The translations under genes and the position numbers were made by a program. A stretch of 64,000 nucleotides of DNA from an uncultured Chthonomonadaceae bacterium (GTDB taxonomy: Bacteria > Armatimonadota > Chthonomonadetes > Chthonomonadales > Chthonomonadaceae): assembly GCA_963817895.1 (NCBI GenBank), contig CAWFQB010000002.1, forward strand, positions 160,001-224,000. Direction: 5' to 3'. Numbering within the stretch: position 1 is the first letter of the stretch; the number at the start of each line of letters is the position of its first letter. Positions 9,539 through 21,643 of this stretch are shown piece by piece. The notes beneath the pieces were generated by a model that worked only from the letters and a program-made list of their open reading frames with translations, was not told the DNA's origin and searched no databases.

Positions 9539-9774
9539 GCGCGTAGATCAGGTTGTGTATGATCTGGGCTTACATACTATCCTTCTAAATCAAGATGGGG
9601 ATGCACCTGGCTTTGGGAAACTCATCTGACATGTTTTTTTACACAATGTCGGCGTCCAGAGATATTCTGAACTCCCGCGTTCCCAGTATCAGGCACTTCC
9701 GTGGCATGGGAGGAACGTGTTCAATTTTATACAAGACAAGTAAGTCCGGTGGGGAACCTTTTTGGCTTTCCGCA

Positions 9775-9783
9775 TGATACTAT
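9775..9783 (+). promoter_or_regulatory. extended -10 (TG-A-TACTAT), probable leaderless start at 9791
   Basis: ATG 7 nt after the -10, no SD. Confidence 0.5.
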
Positions 9784-9790
9784 AAGTACA

Positions 9791-10276
9791 ATGACTTCCC
9801 GGACGCAGAACAACCGAAGATGGATTGGCTGGCTCCTGACGCTTGCAATGGTCGTCTTAGCCTTGCCTTCGGGTGCGTCCTGGCAATGCCTGGATGGAAC
9901 TCCCTGTCCGGCGAACTGCCCCATGCTTCGGGCTTCGAGTTCTCGTACGGCTTCCTGTGCGACTTCATCGGGGAAGCATTGCTCCCTCTGCACGCCTCGT
10001 GCAGCCGCATTGATAACGTCTCCGCATCATGGCTCGGCTATCGCCTGCACGTCACCAAAGTGTGTTGTGCGGGTTTCTGAGCGGCCTGCCTCTACACTAC
10101 AACAGGGTGTTAAATTCCATGTGCCGTTGCTGGCGCTCCCGCCTCCCGCTCCGGTGCAGTTCACGTTCGTTATCAGTGAAACTACGCTCCTGATTTCGTT
10201 CCCCATTCGTCTTTACTTCTACCCACAACGCTTTCTGCGGCCTGCCTCTGGTCGCGCTCCACCTGCTTCCGTATGA
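9791..10276 (+). CDS. Cys-rich leader protein with C-terminal RAPP (DUF2946/CruR-like)
   Basis: N-terminal hydrophobic segment, several Cys clusters, ends SGRAPPASV; first gene of RND operon. Confidence 0.7.
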   Translation: MTSRTQNNRRWIGWLLTLAMVVLALPSGASWQCLDGTPCPANCPMLRASSSRTASCATSSGKHCSLCTPRAAALITSPHHGSAIACTSPKCVVRVSERPASTLQQGVKFHVPLLALPPPAPVQFTFVISETTLLISFPIRLYFYPQRFLRPASGRAPPASV

Positions 10277-10474
10277 CGCCTCTGCCGTGTGGCATAGATG
10301 ATTTGCGTTCGCGCACTTCTATCCGCTCCGGCATATCTGTACGCCTTTCCAAACACCAATTGATGATAAACCTGTCCCACGTTCTTCATGGTGGTCACCT
10401 TTTGTCGCCGTCATGTTGCAGGGACTCTGTCGTCGCACGGCTGATTTCGCGGCTGCGACATCAAGGAACGATTG

Positions 10475-10777
10475 ATGAAATACACCAAGCCGGGCGTCGT
10501 GGCTCTATGCCTGACTCTGACTGGCGCGACTGCTTTTCATGTCTGCGCGCAGACAACACCAAAGAAGTTGGGAGCAAAACAAACGAAGCCTGCGGCGAAG
10601 AAGACGGCGACCGAGGCGAAGAAGACGGCGACCGAGGCGAAATACAGGGCGCACTGTGGCATGATCTACTCCGCCTCCGACGCTAAGAAGTATCACTATG
10701 TCTGCCCGATGGATCATAAGCCCCTAACCAAGATCGCCGCAAACGCGAAGTATGGGGGAACTGTCCCGGTGAAGTAG
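10475..10777 (+). CDS. secreted small heavy-metal-binding protein
   Basis: Signal peptide, Lys-rich linker, HCGM and YVCPMDH motifs. Confidence 0.7.
   Translation: MKYTKPGVVALCLTLTGATAFHVCAQTTPKKLGAKQTKPAAKKTATEAKKTATEAKYRAHCGMIYSASDAKKYHYVCPMDHKPLTKIAANAKYGGTVPVK
10594..10641 (+). repeat. 21-bp in-frame tandem repeat (KKTATEA x2)
   Basis: GGCGAAGAAGACGGCGACCGA twice plus a partial copy. Confidence 0.85.
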
Positions 10778-10806
10778 TAATACCAAGCCGTTCCGCTACG
10801 TGGGAA

Positions 10807-11448
10807 ATGGCTATTTCCCACGTAGCGGAAGCCAATTTTATGGAAGTGAATACCAAAATGTCTCTCTGGCAAACCCTGCAAACGAATACTCACAAACTTG
10901 GCAAGTGCCAACGCTTGCGCATCGGGCCAGGAACCTTGCTTGCCGTTGTGGTGGCGGCAGCGATCCTGTACGGACAGGTCATGCGCCCGCAGCCAACTGC
11001 TGCCGGGACAAGCCAGATCGTGTATGAAGCCGACGCGCAGGGCCATCTGCGCCGGGTCGCCGCGCCCACCATGTCACCCACCACGGTGCCGCCCTTATGG
11101 AAGCCGGAAATCAGTTTTCTGCTAGACCATGACGGTGAACTAAATCTGCGGCTTGATCAGCGCAAACAGATGAACACCTTGAATATGGCGTGGCTGCGTG
11201 AGAAATCAGCATTGGAACAGCAGATCAACCGTGCGGCGACGGATGCCGATACGCTTTTGAAGCAGGCAACGCCGGAACATGGCGCGGCACCAGCGATGGT
11301 CGCCAGCAGTCTGAGCGACTATTCGGCGTTGTCTGCCGAGTACGATCAGCGGCGCGCGGCTTATTGGGCGAAGGCTGCCGGATTGTTGACGCCTACTCAA
11401 CTTCATCAACTCGACAATGTGCGTCCATCGGCAGGGAAACGAAGATGA
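10807..11448 (+). CDS. membrane-anchored helical periplasmic protein (Spy/CpxP-like)
   Basis: One TM segment, helical body, LLTPTQ motif; ATGA overlap with TolC-like gene; start uncertain. Confidence 0.55.
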   Translation: MAISHVAEANFMEVNTKMSLWQTLQTNTHKLGKCQRLRIGPGTLLAVVVAAAILYGQVMRPQPTAAGTSQIVYEADAQGHLRRVAAPTMSPTTVPPLWKPEISFLLDHDGELNLRLDQRKQMNTLNMAWLREKSALEQQINRAATDADTLLKQATPEHGAAPAMVASSLSDYSALSAEYDQRRAAYWAKAAGLLTPTQLHQLDNVRPSAGKRR

Positions 11449-12790
11449 TACGACCTATCAACAAGCCTAAAATGGGGATAATGGTGGCCCTGGCACTCGG
11501 TCTCTCCCTTCCGTTTGGCGGTGAAGCACAGACATTGGGCGCGGAGAGACCTGAAATCAAGGGGCCACTCTCTGTAGCACAGGCGGTGCAAACCGGTCTT
11601 CGGGAGAACCTGATGGTGCGCGCCGCGCAAGCAGACGTTCGGGCCGCCATCGCAGAGACACGAGTAGCGCGCAGTCAGACACGCCCGCAGGTATCGGCAA
11701 ACACCTACCTCTCCTTTGGCGACTCTAATAATATCCTCTACACAGCCGGAAACGTCATGCCTCAGAACTACCTGAGCGTTCCCTCGCAGGGCTTCGCCGA
11801 CCAAAACCTCACGCTCATGGTTCCTATCTACTCTAGTGGACGGCTGGAAAACTCGGTGAAAGCCGCTTCGCAACGGGAGCGCGCCGTCGCTTCCGACGCT
11901 GGCGGCGTTCAGGCGGAAATGGTCTTGCGGATCAAAGACGCCTACTATCGCGCGCTGCTCGCGGCGGAAACCGTCAAGACGGCCCAAACGCGCGTGGATG
12001 CGAGCACGGAACTGGTGAAAACCACCCAGGCGCTTTATGCAGCGGGCAAGGGCCTCGAAGCCTCGGTGCGCCGAGTGGAGGCAGAACTCGCCGATGCGCA
12101 ACGCGCGCTGACAACAGCCCGCAACATCCAGGCCAAAGCCCTGCTTGATCTCAAGGCCGCAATGGGAGTGCGCCTCGACATCGGACATCTCTCTCAGCGA
12201 CGCGCTCACATTTACACCACCGACCGGCGACCTTGCCGCACAACTGACGGATGCCGCAAAAACGCGCCCCGAACTACAAGCGGTGCGGGCGCGCGCAACG
12301 GCAGCCGAGGCGCAGACCCGTTCGGTTCGCGGTTCACAGGGGCCGCAGGTGTATGGCATGGCGATGGCGGACGGTTTCACATCCCACCCACAGGGAACAC
12401 GCGAAGGCTATACGGTGGGCGTTGTCCTCAGCCTGCCCCTGATGGACGGAGGACAGCGCCGCGCCGAAACCGCGCAAGCGCGGGCGCGGCAGGAACGCGC
12501 CGAAGCCGAAGCGCGTGACCTGGAACTGCGCGTTGCGGTGGAGGTGCAGCAGGCATGGCTGGATGTGCAGACGGCGGCAGAAAATTACCGCACCGCCCAG
12601 GCCGCGTTGCAGGCCGCGCAAGCCGCCTATGATGTGACCGCCCTCCGCGTGCAGAACCAGAAGGGCCTGCTTGTCGAGCAGTTGGACGCCCTCGCCGCAC
12701 TGACGCAGGCGCGCGGGAATGTGGCGCAGGCGCTGCTATGACCATTCTCTTGCCGTTGCCCGGTTGCAGCGCGCGGTGGGGAGGCCATGA
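11445..12790 (+). CDS. TolC-family outer membrane efflux protein (2 frameshifts)
   Basis: LSVAQAVQTGL, IKDAYY, RPEL, SLPLMDGG, VQQAW; pieces 11445-, 12145-12741 and a tail ending RAVGRP*. Confidence 0.85.
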
Positions 12791-15192
12791 CTACAATGAT
12801 GAGACAGACCATGAAATCGAGAATACGAAGAAGCCTGCTTTGCATAATGGCTTTCGGGTGGCTCTGGCTCTGTCTGCCATTTGCCGCTTTCGCCGGGCCG
12901 CAGACGCAGGCCGGGCCATACCATGTTGAATTAACGACCGAGACCGGCATGGTTCCTTCTACGGGCCGGGCTAAACTGCTCCTAAAACTCACCGATGCGT
13001 CCAGCAAGCCCGTGCAGGGAGCAACGATCCGGTCGCTTACCAAGATGCCAGGCATGAACATGGGTGAGCGAGAAGAAACCGCCATACCGGTGCCAGAATA
13101 GCCCAGGCGTGTATACCGCCCCCGCGCAATTTGCGATGGAAGGTGGGTACGAGGCGAGCCTGAAAATACAGGGGCCGCAGGGAGCGGCAAATGCTACGGT
13201 TTCTCTCAACACCGGGGAGAATATCGGAACTCTCTCGAACTCCGCAGGCACAGGTTCTCAGGCTGGCAATCGTGGCAGTGGCGTCAGGATTTCACCTGGA
13301 CTTCTGCTGCCCTGGCTGGCAGGAGGAGCCGTTATTCTGTTCATCCTTTATCGTATGCGGCGTACAGGCCAGCGTCTATCTTTGCGGGCTGCGGCGAACC
13401 GTTCCGTTCTCGGCGGGTTGATTCTGCTCGGCCTGATCCTCTGGGGCGCAGTGTACGCCGTGAACCACTTCCGCCGAGCAGGGAGCCATGACGCCCATCG
13501 AGGTGCAGGCAATGGACATGAACCTGCCCGCGCCTGCCGGAACTGCCCCTGTGGAACTGGCAACCGTGGAGAGTGGGCAGATCGAAAGCACAGTTCGGTA
13601 CACGGGACAGGCGGTAGGCTTTGTGGAGCAGGATGTGACGCCACGCATCACCGGCACGATTACGATGTTGAACGTTTATGCGGGCGATCGCGTGAAGCGC
13701 GGGCAACTGTTGGCGCGGCTGGACACCAGCCAATCCGCTCCCCTCGTTGCCAATCAGCGCGCAGGCTTGAACATGGCGCGGCAGGGCGTGGGCGTAGCAC
13801 AAAAAGAGTATCAGCAGGCGATTGCCGCCATCAATGAAGCCCATGCCGAAGTGGGCATGAAAACGGGAGCCGTAGAAAGCGCCCGCGCCGACTTGATCGC
13901 CGCGCAAGAGGAGCGCGCGAACGCACAGGCACAACTGGACGCCGCGCAGAGCATGAATGGGGATGCGAGTGCCCAATTGCAGGCAGCGCAGGCCGATCAG
14001 CAATACTGGCGCGACGAGATCAGCCGTGAAGCATCGCTGCTCAAAGCCGGAGCCGTGACGCAGGAAGAGTACCAGCGCGAGAAAGCGCAGGCGGAGAACG
14101 CAGATGCCAAAGTGCGACAGGCGCAGGCGCGTGTCATGCAGGTACAGGCGCAAATTCGCGGCGCGCAATCTGCGGCACGCAAAGCCGAAGCCATGATCGC
14201 CTCCACCAAATCGAAAGTGGATCAAGCCCAAGCCGAACTGAACTCGCACTATGCCCATGTGCGTTCGACGCAGGCCGCAGCGGATTCTGCGCAGACAAAA
14301 GATTGTGCAGGCCGAAGCAGGGGTACAGCAGGCGCAGGCGACACTTGCAGGCGCGTCGGCAACGCAGGGATACAGCGAAATTCGTTCACAAACGGATGGC
14401 GTGGTCACACAGCGCGTCATCAGTCCCGGCGTTCTGGTCAGTCCCGGTCAAACCATTTTGCGGATTTCACAGATCACGCCCATTCGATTGCAGGCCAATG
14501 TGAGCGAATCTGATTTGTCGAAGGTGCGCGTTGGCAGTCATATTCTGGTCAACAATCAGGATGGAAACATCAAGCCGCTGACGGCACAGATCACCTCGGT
14601 CGCGCCCTCAGTTGATCCGTCCGGGCGTACCGGGGTTGTGGAAGCCATCGTTCCGAACAGGGACAGCCGCTTTTTGCCGGGGCAGTACGTGACGATGGAC
14701 ATTTCCACAGGTCGCAACACGAACACCTTGCGGATACCCACGCGCGCCCTTCGCTACCATGCGGCTCCTTCGGGCGGCGTGATCTCTACGCAGACGACAC
14801 CCTCCGTCTGGGTGGCGGAACCTGTTGCCGGACAGGAAGGCCAGTACACTGTCCACGAGGTGGAGGTGAAGGTGGGATTGAGCGACGAGAAAAGCACGGA
14901 AATCCTCGCCGGCTTGAAAGCCGGGCAGAAGGTGGTTGTCGCAGGGCAGGACTATCTCAAAAACGGCGATACCGTTTCGCCCGTCGAAAGGCAAATCGCC
15001 GCCAGTAATTCATCCTCCCCGGCAGCGATGAACGGAAGCGCGGGAACAAACAGCACACCCACCCCAGGATCGGCAGCCCCGCGCACTCTCTATACCTGCC
15101 TGATGCACCCGGAAGTGGTTCAGGATCATCCCGGCAACTGCCCCAAGTGCGGCATGGCCCTCGTTCCCAAGCGAGCAGGAGGCGCGCGATGA
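12787..15192 (+). CDS. RND periplasmic adaptor with N-terminal YtkA-like domain and C-terminal metal-binding domain (3 frameshifts)
   Basis: MPGMNMG/GVY YtkA-like start, GDRVKRGQLLA lipoyl-like motif, long alpha hairpin, C-terminal YTCLMHPEV...CPKCGM. Confidence 0.85.
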
Positions 15193-18100
15193 AACAACAA
15201 TCTGAAAACAGTACGCCTTCCGCTCCCCATGCTGGCAGGGGACTGAACGCGCTGCACATGATCCATAAGTGGAGCATCGAGCATCCGTATGCCGTGATTG
15301 CCTTCTATGTCGCAATGGTGGGGTTGGCCTGGATGACGGTCAGCCAAACCATGCCGCGCCGGTTCGCGCCCTACGTGGAAAGCCCGATGATCGGCGTCGT
15401 CACGATGATGCCCGGGCTTGTCCGCGCAGGAGATGGAATTGTACGTCAGCAACCCCATCGAGCAGCAGATGGTCAACGTCAAGGGCATTCGCTACGTCCG
15501 CTCCACGTCCCAAAACGGGTTTTCCATCGTTACGCTTGGAATTTCCCTATGGCACGAACATGCAGCGCGCCCTTGTGGACGTGCAATCCCTCCTCAACGT
15601 CACGCAATCGAACCTGCCTGCCACCGGAGCCAACCTCAAGCCGTCCTGGGTCGTGCCGATTGACCCGCTCAACCTCCCGATCCTGACGCTGAGTGTGCGC
15701 GGCGAAGAAAAGCAAGGGTGGGATGCGCTGCGGGTTCGGGAGTTTGCCGACAACACGATCGTCAACCGGCTCAAGGGCGTGGAGAACGTCTACTCCGTCG
15801 TTCCGTTCGGCGGCTATCGGCGGCAGATGCAGGTGATCGTAGACCGGAGCAAACTTGCCGCCTACCGGCTTTCCATTCTGGACGTGAAGAACGCCATTGA
15901 CCGCTTCAACGTCACCCGGCCTGCCGGAACGCTCACGAACGGCGCGCAGGAAGGCATCGTTCGCATAGATACGCGCGCCCGCAGCGCCCAGGACGTGCTG
16001 AACTACCCAATCACCAGTGTTACGACAGGAGCGAGTGCGCCGACCACGAGTCCCGTTGGCGATAGCAGCGGAGGCGGCATGGGCGGGATGGGTGGCGGGG
16101 GAGCGGACACATCTGCTGCGACTGCACCCGTTCGCGCATCGGGGACAGGAGAGACTGCACGTTCGCCGCGTGTCGTCTATGTTCGGGATGTGGCGCGCGT
16201 TGTGGACTCCCACTTCGAGCGGCGCAGCGGCTACCATTATCTCAAGCATGACCCCGGCACAAAGGGCGAAGTGATTCCTTCCATCGAGGTGTCGGTGATT
16301 CAAGACCCCGGCGCGAGTTCCGCGCAGGTCGTGCCTGCGGTGATGAAGGTCGTCAAGCAGTTGGAGGAGGAAAATCCGGGCCTGCACTTTGAGACTTCCT
16401 ACGACAACGCCCACTTCGTCAACATCCTGTTCCACAACGTCTGGGAGGAACTTGCCGTCGCCGTTCTGCTCACCGGCATCGCCGTCCTGTTCTTTCTGGG
16501 CGAATGGCGCGGAACGCTGATCGCAATGGTCACGCTGCCCACGTCTCTGGCTATCGCCGTGCTGCTGATGGTTCCGTTCCACATGACGTTCAACAGCGGC
16601 ACGCTCATCGGCCTGCTGCTCTCGATCGGGCGGCTCGTAGACGACAGCATCATTGACATTCATGCGGTGGAGCGGCACATTCGCATGGGCAAGGACGCCA
16701 AAACCGCGACGATTGACGGCATTGCCGAAGTGCGGGTTGCTGTCATCGCGTCCACGCTGATGATCGTCCTCGCGCTCTCGCCCCTGCTGTTCGCGGGCGG
16801 GCTGACGGAGTTGATGTTCGTGGAGTTGGTGTGGCCCCTGATCTTCGGCCTGCTGGCTTCGATGCTCGTCTCGTTTACCCTCACAGCCCTGCTTTGCGCC
16901 AATCTGCTGCGCCCTGAAAGCGCGCGCGAGGCTGACCGCCGCCATTGGCTACTGCGCTGGCTGTACGTGCTGCTCGACCCATTTCAGACGATGGCTTGAC
17001 CGGCTGGAAAACGGCTACGGGCGCATCATCCGCTGGATGCTCAAACATCGCTTCGCCAACCTTGCCCGCGTTCTTGGCACGCTTATCATCGGCCTGACGT
17101 TTTACTACTTCATCGGCAGTGAAATGATGCCTCTGGCGGATGTGGGGCAGGCGAGCGGCGTTCTGGAAATGGCTCCGGGAACTTCGTATGCCGAAACCGA
17201 GCGCGCCGTGGGGCAGTTGGAGCGGATCATGGCCCGCTATCCCGGAATTGGAAAAAGCCAGCGTGGAGATCGGGGCCGAATCCATGTTCGAGAGTTACAG
17301 CCCCTACTACACCGGCTACCAGATGCCGCAGGTGAACGGCGCGTCCCTGATGCTGACCTTTTCCGACAAGGACACGCGCAAGCGCACGATCTTCCAGATC
17401 ATGGACACTGTCCAGAAGGAAGCACTGCACACCATTCCTGGCATTCGACGCTTGCAGATCAAGGAGATGGGCAGCGACGTGATGGCGACTTCGGCGGCTC
17501 CCGTGCATCTCAACATCTACGGCCCGGACTTGAACGAACTCGACCGCTTGGGGCAGGAGACATTGGCTGTTGCCCGCCAGATGCCGGAGATGTATCAGCC
17601 CGCCACGACCTGGACAGTGGGCCTGCCGGACTTCCAGATCAAGGTTGATCCACAGCGGGCGCAGGAAGTGGGATTGACGCCGGAAAGCATCTCGCAGCAA
17701 GCGTACTATGCCATTGGCGGCGGCCTGACCAACGAGTTCTTCCGTCTGCCCAATCTGCGCCAGAACACCATTCAGGTGCGCTATGAGGAGAAAGACCGGG
17801 CTACGGCGCAGAACCTCGAAAACCTGTATCTTGTCCACACCGGACGGACGACAGATACCGCTGAAATCGGTGGCGAGCATCCAACACCAGAATGCTCCAA
17901 CCGTGATTGAACACGACATGCTCCGGCGCGTCATCGGCATCACAGGCTACTACCGCTCCAACAACCTGCCCTCGATGGACGTGGTGATGAACTTGGTCAC
18001 CAACACGTATGCAGGCAATCCGAAGTTGGGTATTCAGGCCTGTCAACTTCCCTCCCGGCTATGGCATGGTGGCGCGTGGCGACATGCTGGAAATGATGTC

Positions 18101-18725
18101 CGCGTTCCGGCGCATGATGTCGGGGTTGGCGCTCGCGCTCGTGCTGATGTACCTGGTGCTGGTGGTGCAGTTTCGGGGCTTCTTGCAGCCCTTACAGATG
18201 ATTGCCAGTCCTGCCGCTGGAACTGGCGGGCGTGTTCACGGCTCTGTGGCTGGCGCATCAGTCGTTTTCCACTGTATCGCTGCTTGGGCATCATCGTCCT
18301 GACGGGCATGGACATAACGACCGCCGTGCTGCTCATTGACATGGTGATGAAGTACCGGGATCGAGGCGTACCGCGCGATGAAGCCATCGCACAGGCATGT
18401 CCAGAACGACTGCGGCCTATCCTGATGACCGCTGGCATCACCCTCCTGACCATGCTGCCCGTCGCCCTTGCGTCCGAAGACCGGCCTGGATGCCTACCAG
18501 CCGCTTGCCACAGCGGTCGTCGGCGGCCTGATTGTCGGCACGATCCTCAGTCTGTTCGACATCCCGATCACGCATACGCTGGTAGACGATCTGACGCGCT
18601 GGCTCAACAAGACTTTCTTGAACCGGGAGTACCATTGGCCTGTGACAGAAGCGCCGGAGATATTGGAGGGTTCATCGCCGAGCAAAGAAGATGTAGTTCA
18701 ACCGCATCGCGTACCCGAAGGATAA
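15189..18725 (+). CDS. RND efflux permease (AcrB/CusA family; multiple frameshifts)
   Basis: PIEQQM, GRLVDDSII, RLRPILMT, PLATAVVGGL spread over successive ORF pieces. Confidence 0.85.
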
Positions 18726-18746
18726 AATCAACGGTAGCCAATCATC

Positions 18747-18780
18747 CAGATGACGGGCAAGATTTTCTGCCCGTCATCTG
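18747..18780. terminator. hairpin between convergent operons
   Basis: CAGATGACGGGCA / TGCCCGTCATCTG 13-bp arms. Confidence 0.7.
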
Positions 18781-18841
18781 ATTCTGGACAACACATGGAA
18801 CATAGAAAGTGAGGACGAACAACACAATCAAAGTATCAAGA

Positions 18842-18868
18842 AGGAACACACAGTAATAAGATAATTCA
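18842..18868 (+). repeat. 27-bp direct repeat, copy 1 (AGGAACACACAGTAATAAGATAATTCA)
   Basis: Identical to 63239-63265; gapped similarity extends over ~18811-18880. Confidence 0.95.
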
Positions 18869-18959
18869 CTTTCTTTTGGGTGTCAATTCCGAGCATCACG
18901 TTGTGGGATGCAGCCATGCTTTCGCAGTACGCGACTCCAAGCGCATTGCGTGAGAAACA

Positions 18960-21165
18960 CTACGCGGCAAGTAAACTACTCTCCGAACGTCGCAGCATAA
19001 CAGCATTAACAGCGACGATGATAGAGGACGCTGACATCAGAAGCGCGGAGACTTCCGGGCGGAGTGACCAACCCAGCCAGTTATAGAACGCTCCCGCCGC
19101 GACAGGGATTGCCAGTACGTTGTAGACGCTGGCCCATACAAGGTTCTGCTTCATCTTTCTTACGGTGGCCTTCGACAAGATGATGGCATTCAGGATGTCG
19201 AGCGGATCGGACTGCATCAGCACGATCTTTGCCGCTTCGGTCGCCACATCCGTCCCGGCTCCAATGGCGATTCCAATATCAGCCTGCGCCAGCGCCGGTG
19301 CGTCGTTCACGCCGTCGCCGACCATTGCCACGAATTTGCCTTCGGCCTGCAATTTCTTCACGTAGTCGGCTTTGTTCTCCGGCAGCACTTCCGCAAACAC
19401 GCGATCAATGCCGACTTCTTTGGCAACGGCTTCCGCCACAGTCTTGTTGTCCCCACTGACCATTGCAGTTTCAATGCCCAGTTTCTTCAACTCAGTAATC
19501 GCGCGTTTGGCGGACGGCTTGATAGGGTCGGCAACGCCAACAACGGCTGCGGCTTTTCCGTCTACGGCAAGAAGAATCACCGTGCGCCCTGCGGCAAGGA
19601 GGCGATCCAAATGCGTCTGAATAGGCGCGAGGACTACACCTTCGTTGGCAAAGAGCCGGGCATTGCCGACCAACACGCGCCGCCCGTCCACGGTGGCTTT
19701 CAGCCCGTGTCCGACGACGTTTTGGAAATCTGTGACATGCTCCGGTAGCGTCAGGTTGCGGTGCTTGGCTTCATTGAGTATCGCTGCCGCCAGTGGGTGA
19801 CTGGAATTGCGTTCCGCCGCCCCAAGCAGACCGGAGCGCGTCGTCTTCGGAGAAGCCCTCCGCAACGGCAACATCCGTAACGCGCGGCTTGCCTTCGGTG
19901 AGCGTTCCTGTTTTGTCCAGAACGACAGCCGTGATCCGGGACGCGCCTTCGAGCGTTGCTGCGTCTTTGATAAGGATGTGATGCTTCGCGCCCAGTCCCG
20001 TACCCACCGCGACAGCAGTAGGGGTGGCAAGGCCCAGCGCGTCCGGGCAGGCGATTACCACGGCTGAGATGGAGAAGGTAAGTGCCGTCAGGAAGGAGGC
20101 TCCCGCGCCCCACCGCCAGGCTACGAACGTGATGATGCCCGCCCCGACCGCCAACACGACCAAATAGGCTGCGGCTTTGTCTGCGAGACGCTGCCCCGGA
20201 GCCTTCGAGTTCTGCGCCGTTTCGACTAACTTGGCAATTCGGCTGAGGGTCGCGTCCTCGCCCACTGCCGTAGCCTTGTAGGTGACTGCACCTGCGCCGT
20301 TGACGGAGCCGCCAATGAGTTTGTCCCCCGGCTTCTTCTCCACCGGCACGCTTTCGCCGGTGACAAGGGCTTCGTCCACCGCCGTCTCTCCCTCTGTCAC
20401 TTCGCCATCTACGGGAACACGGTCGCCGGGGCGCAGCACGAGGAGATCGCCCTGAACCACTTCCGACGTGGGTATCTCGATCTCCTTGCCGTCCCGATGA
20501 ACGCGGGCTTTCGCAGGCACCAGATCAAAGAGGGCGCGCAGAGCATTGGACGTGCCGCGTCGGGACTTCATTTCCATCCAGTGCCCGAACAGCACGAAGG
20601 TAACGAGCATGGCAGCGGCTTCATAGAACAGGTCCTTGGAGCCAATGACGGTCAGATAAAAGGAAGCAAGATAGGCCGCCAGCACCCCAACGGCGATCAG
20701 CACTGCCATGTCCAGTTTGCGAGAGCGGAGCGCTTGATAGGCTCCGAAAATGAACATCCAGCCGCACCAGAACACCACCGGAGTCGTTAAAGCGAACAGC
20801 GTCCAGGAGCGCGCCTGAAGACGGAATGCCGAAGATGGATACCAAACATGGCTGCCATTGGGGAAAGAAGGACAATCGCAATGGACAACACCAATGCGAC
20901 CCAGAAGCGATTGCGGATGTCGGCTTCCATACTCGCCGCCATCGCCGGGTCGCTCATGTCGTGCGCCATGCCGCCCGGATTGGTGTGCGCCGTGTACTTC
21001 GCCCCGGTTCATTTCCTCGGTGTTCATGGACATGCCATGATGCTCGTTACGGGCCGGGGCGGTATCATCCCGCATACCAGAAATGTGGCTGGAGCCTTCC
21101 ACGGCAGCAGCCTCCGATTTAGGTTCGGCGATTTCGTGAGTAGATTGATGCTGATGCGGAAGCAT
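18960..21165 (-). CDS. heavy-metal (copper-type) P1B ATPase with His/Met-rich N terminus and CPD motif (frameshifted)
   Basis: TGES, IACPDALGLATP, DKTGT, SHPL, GDGVNDAP, YN and MSASS. Confidence 0.9.
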
Positions 21166-21212
21166 GGCATTGCCCTTCAACGGAAATATGCGAATATAGG
21201 ATAGTCTCATAT

Positions 21213-21229
21213 TTCTATTGCTAATAGAA
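21213..21229. promoter_or_regulatory. putative BlaI-family operator TTCTAT-TGCTA-ATAGAA
   Basis: Palindrome upstream of the ATPase; related copies at 24831, 30732, 32386. Confidence 0.65.
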
Positions 21230-21333
21230 TTTCAGAGCGTGAACCTGATAGTAGGAATAAGTTTTGGAGTGGTGCGACGGCCTAATGCTTAGGGGAAGTT
21301 TGCCCTCAAGCATTGCCCGAAAAGCGCGTCGCT

Positions 21334-21543
21334 TTATTGGGTGGGATAACCTGCTTTTTCCAGCCGAGCGCGAATGGCATTATCGTTCAGTTGCGCGTCA
21401 TCATATTCCACGCTCACGTTTTTGCTAGGAACATCCACTTCCACCGTCTGTACACCAGGTAAAGCGCCTAAAGAGCGTTTAATTGCGTTCGCGCAACCTC
21501 CGCAACTGATGTCCGGGGCGTGAGCCTGTAATGTATGGGTCAT
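21334..21543 (-). CDS. copZ: copper chaperone (HMA domain)
   Basis: DISCGGC motif, AGY terminus, AAAGGA RBS. Confidence 0.9.
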   Translation of the reverse strand: MTHTLQAHAPDISCGGCANAIKRSLGALPGVQTVEVDVPSKNVSVEYDDAQLNDNAIRARLEKAGYPTQ

Positions 21544-21643
21544 TTCTATGTATCCTTTCTCTTGCGTATCGCCTGTACTGTGAAAGGGGCAGGCATCTTT
21601 TATGTGCACGACAATGTAAGCCGCGCCGCTTACATGCGCTTCA

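Noticed and set aside
10594..10641. CRISPR-like repeat
   Set aside because: Adjacent in-frame duplication with no spacers and no cas genes
11445..18725. Programmed frameshifting or phase variation in the RND operon
   Set aside because: Indels are numerous and scattered, with no common slippery or repeat motif noticed
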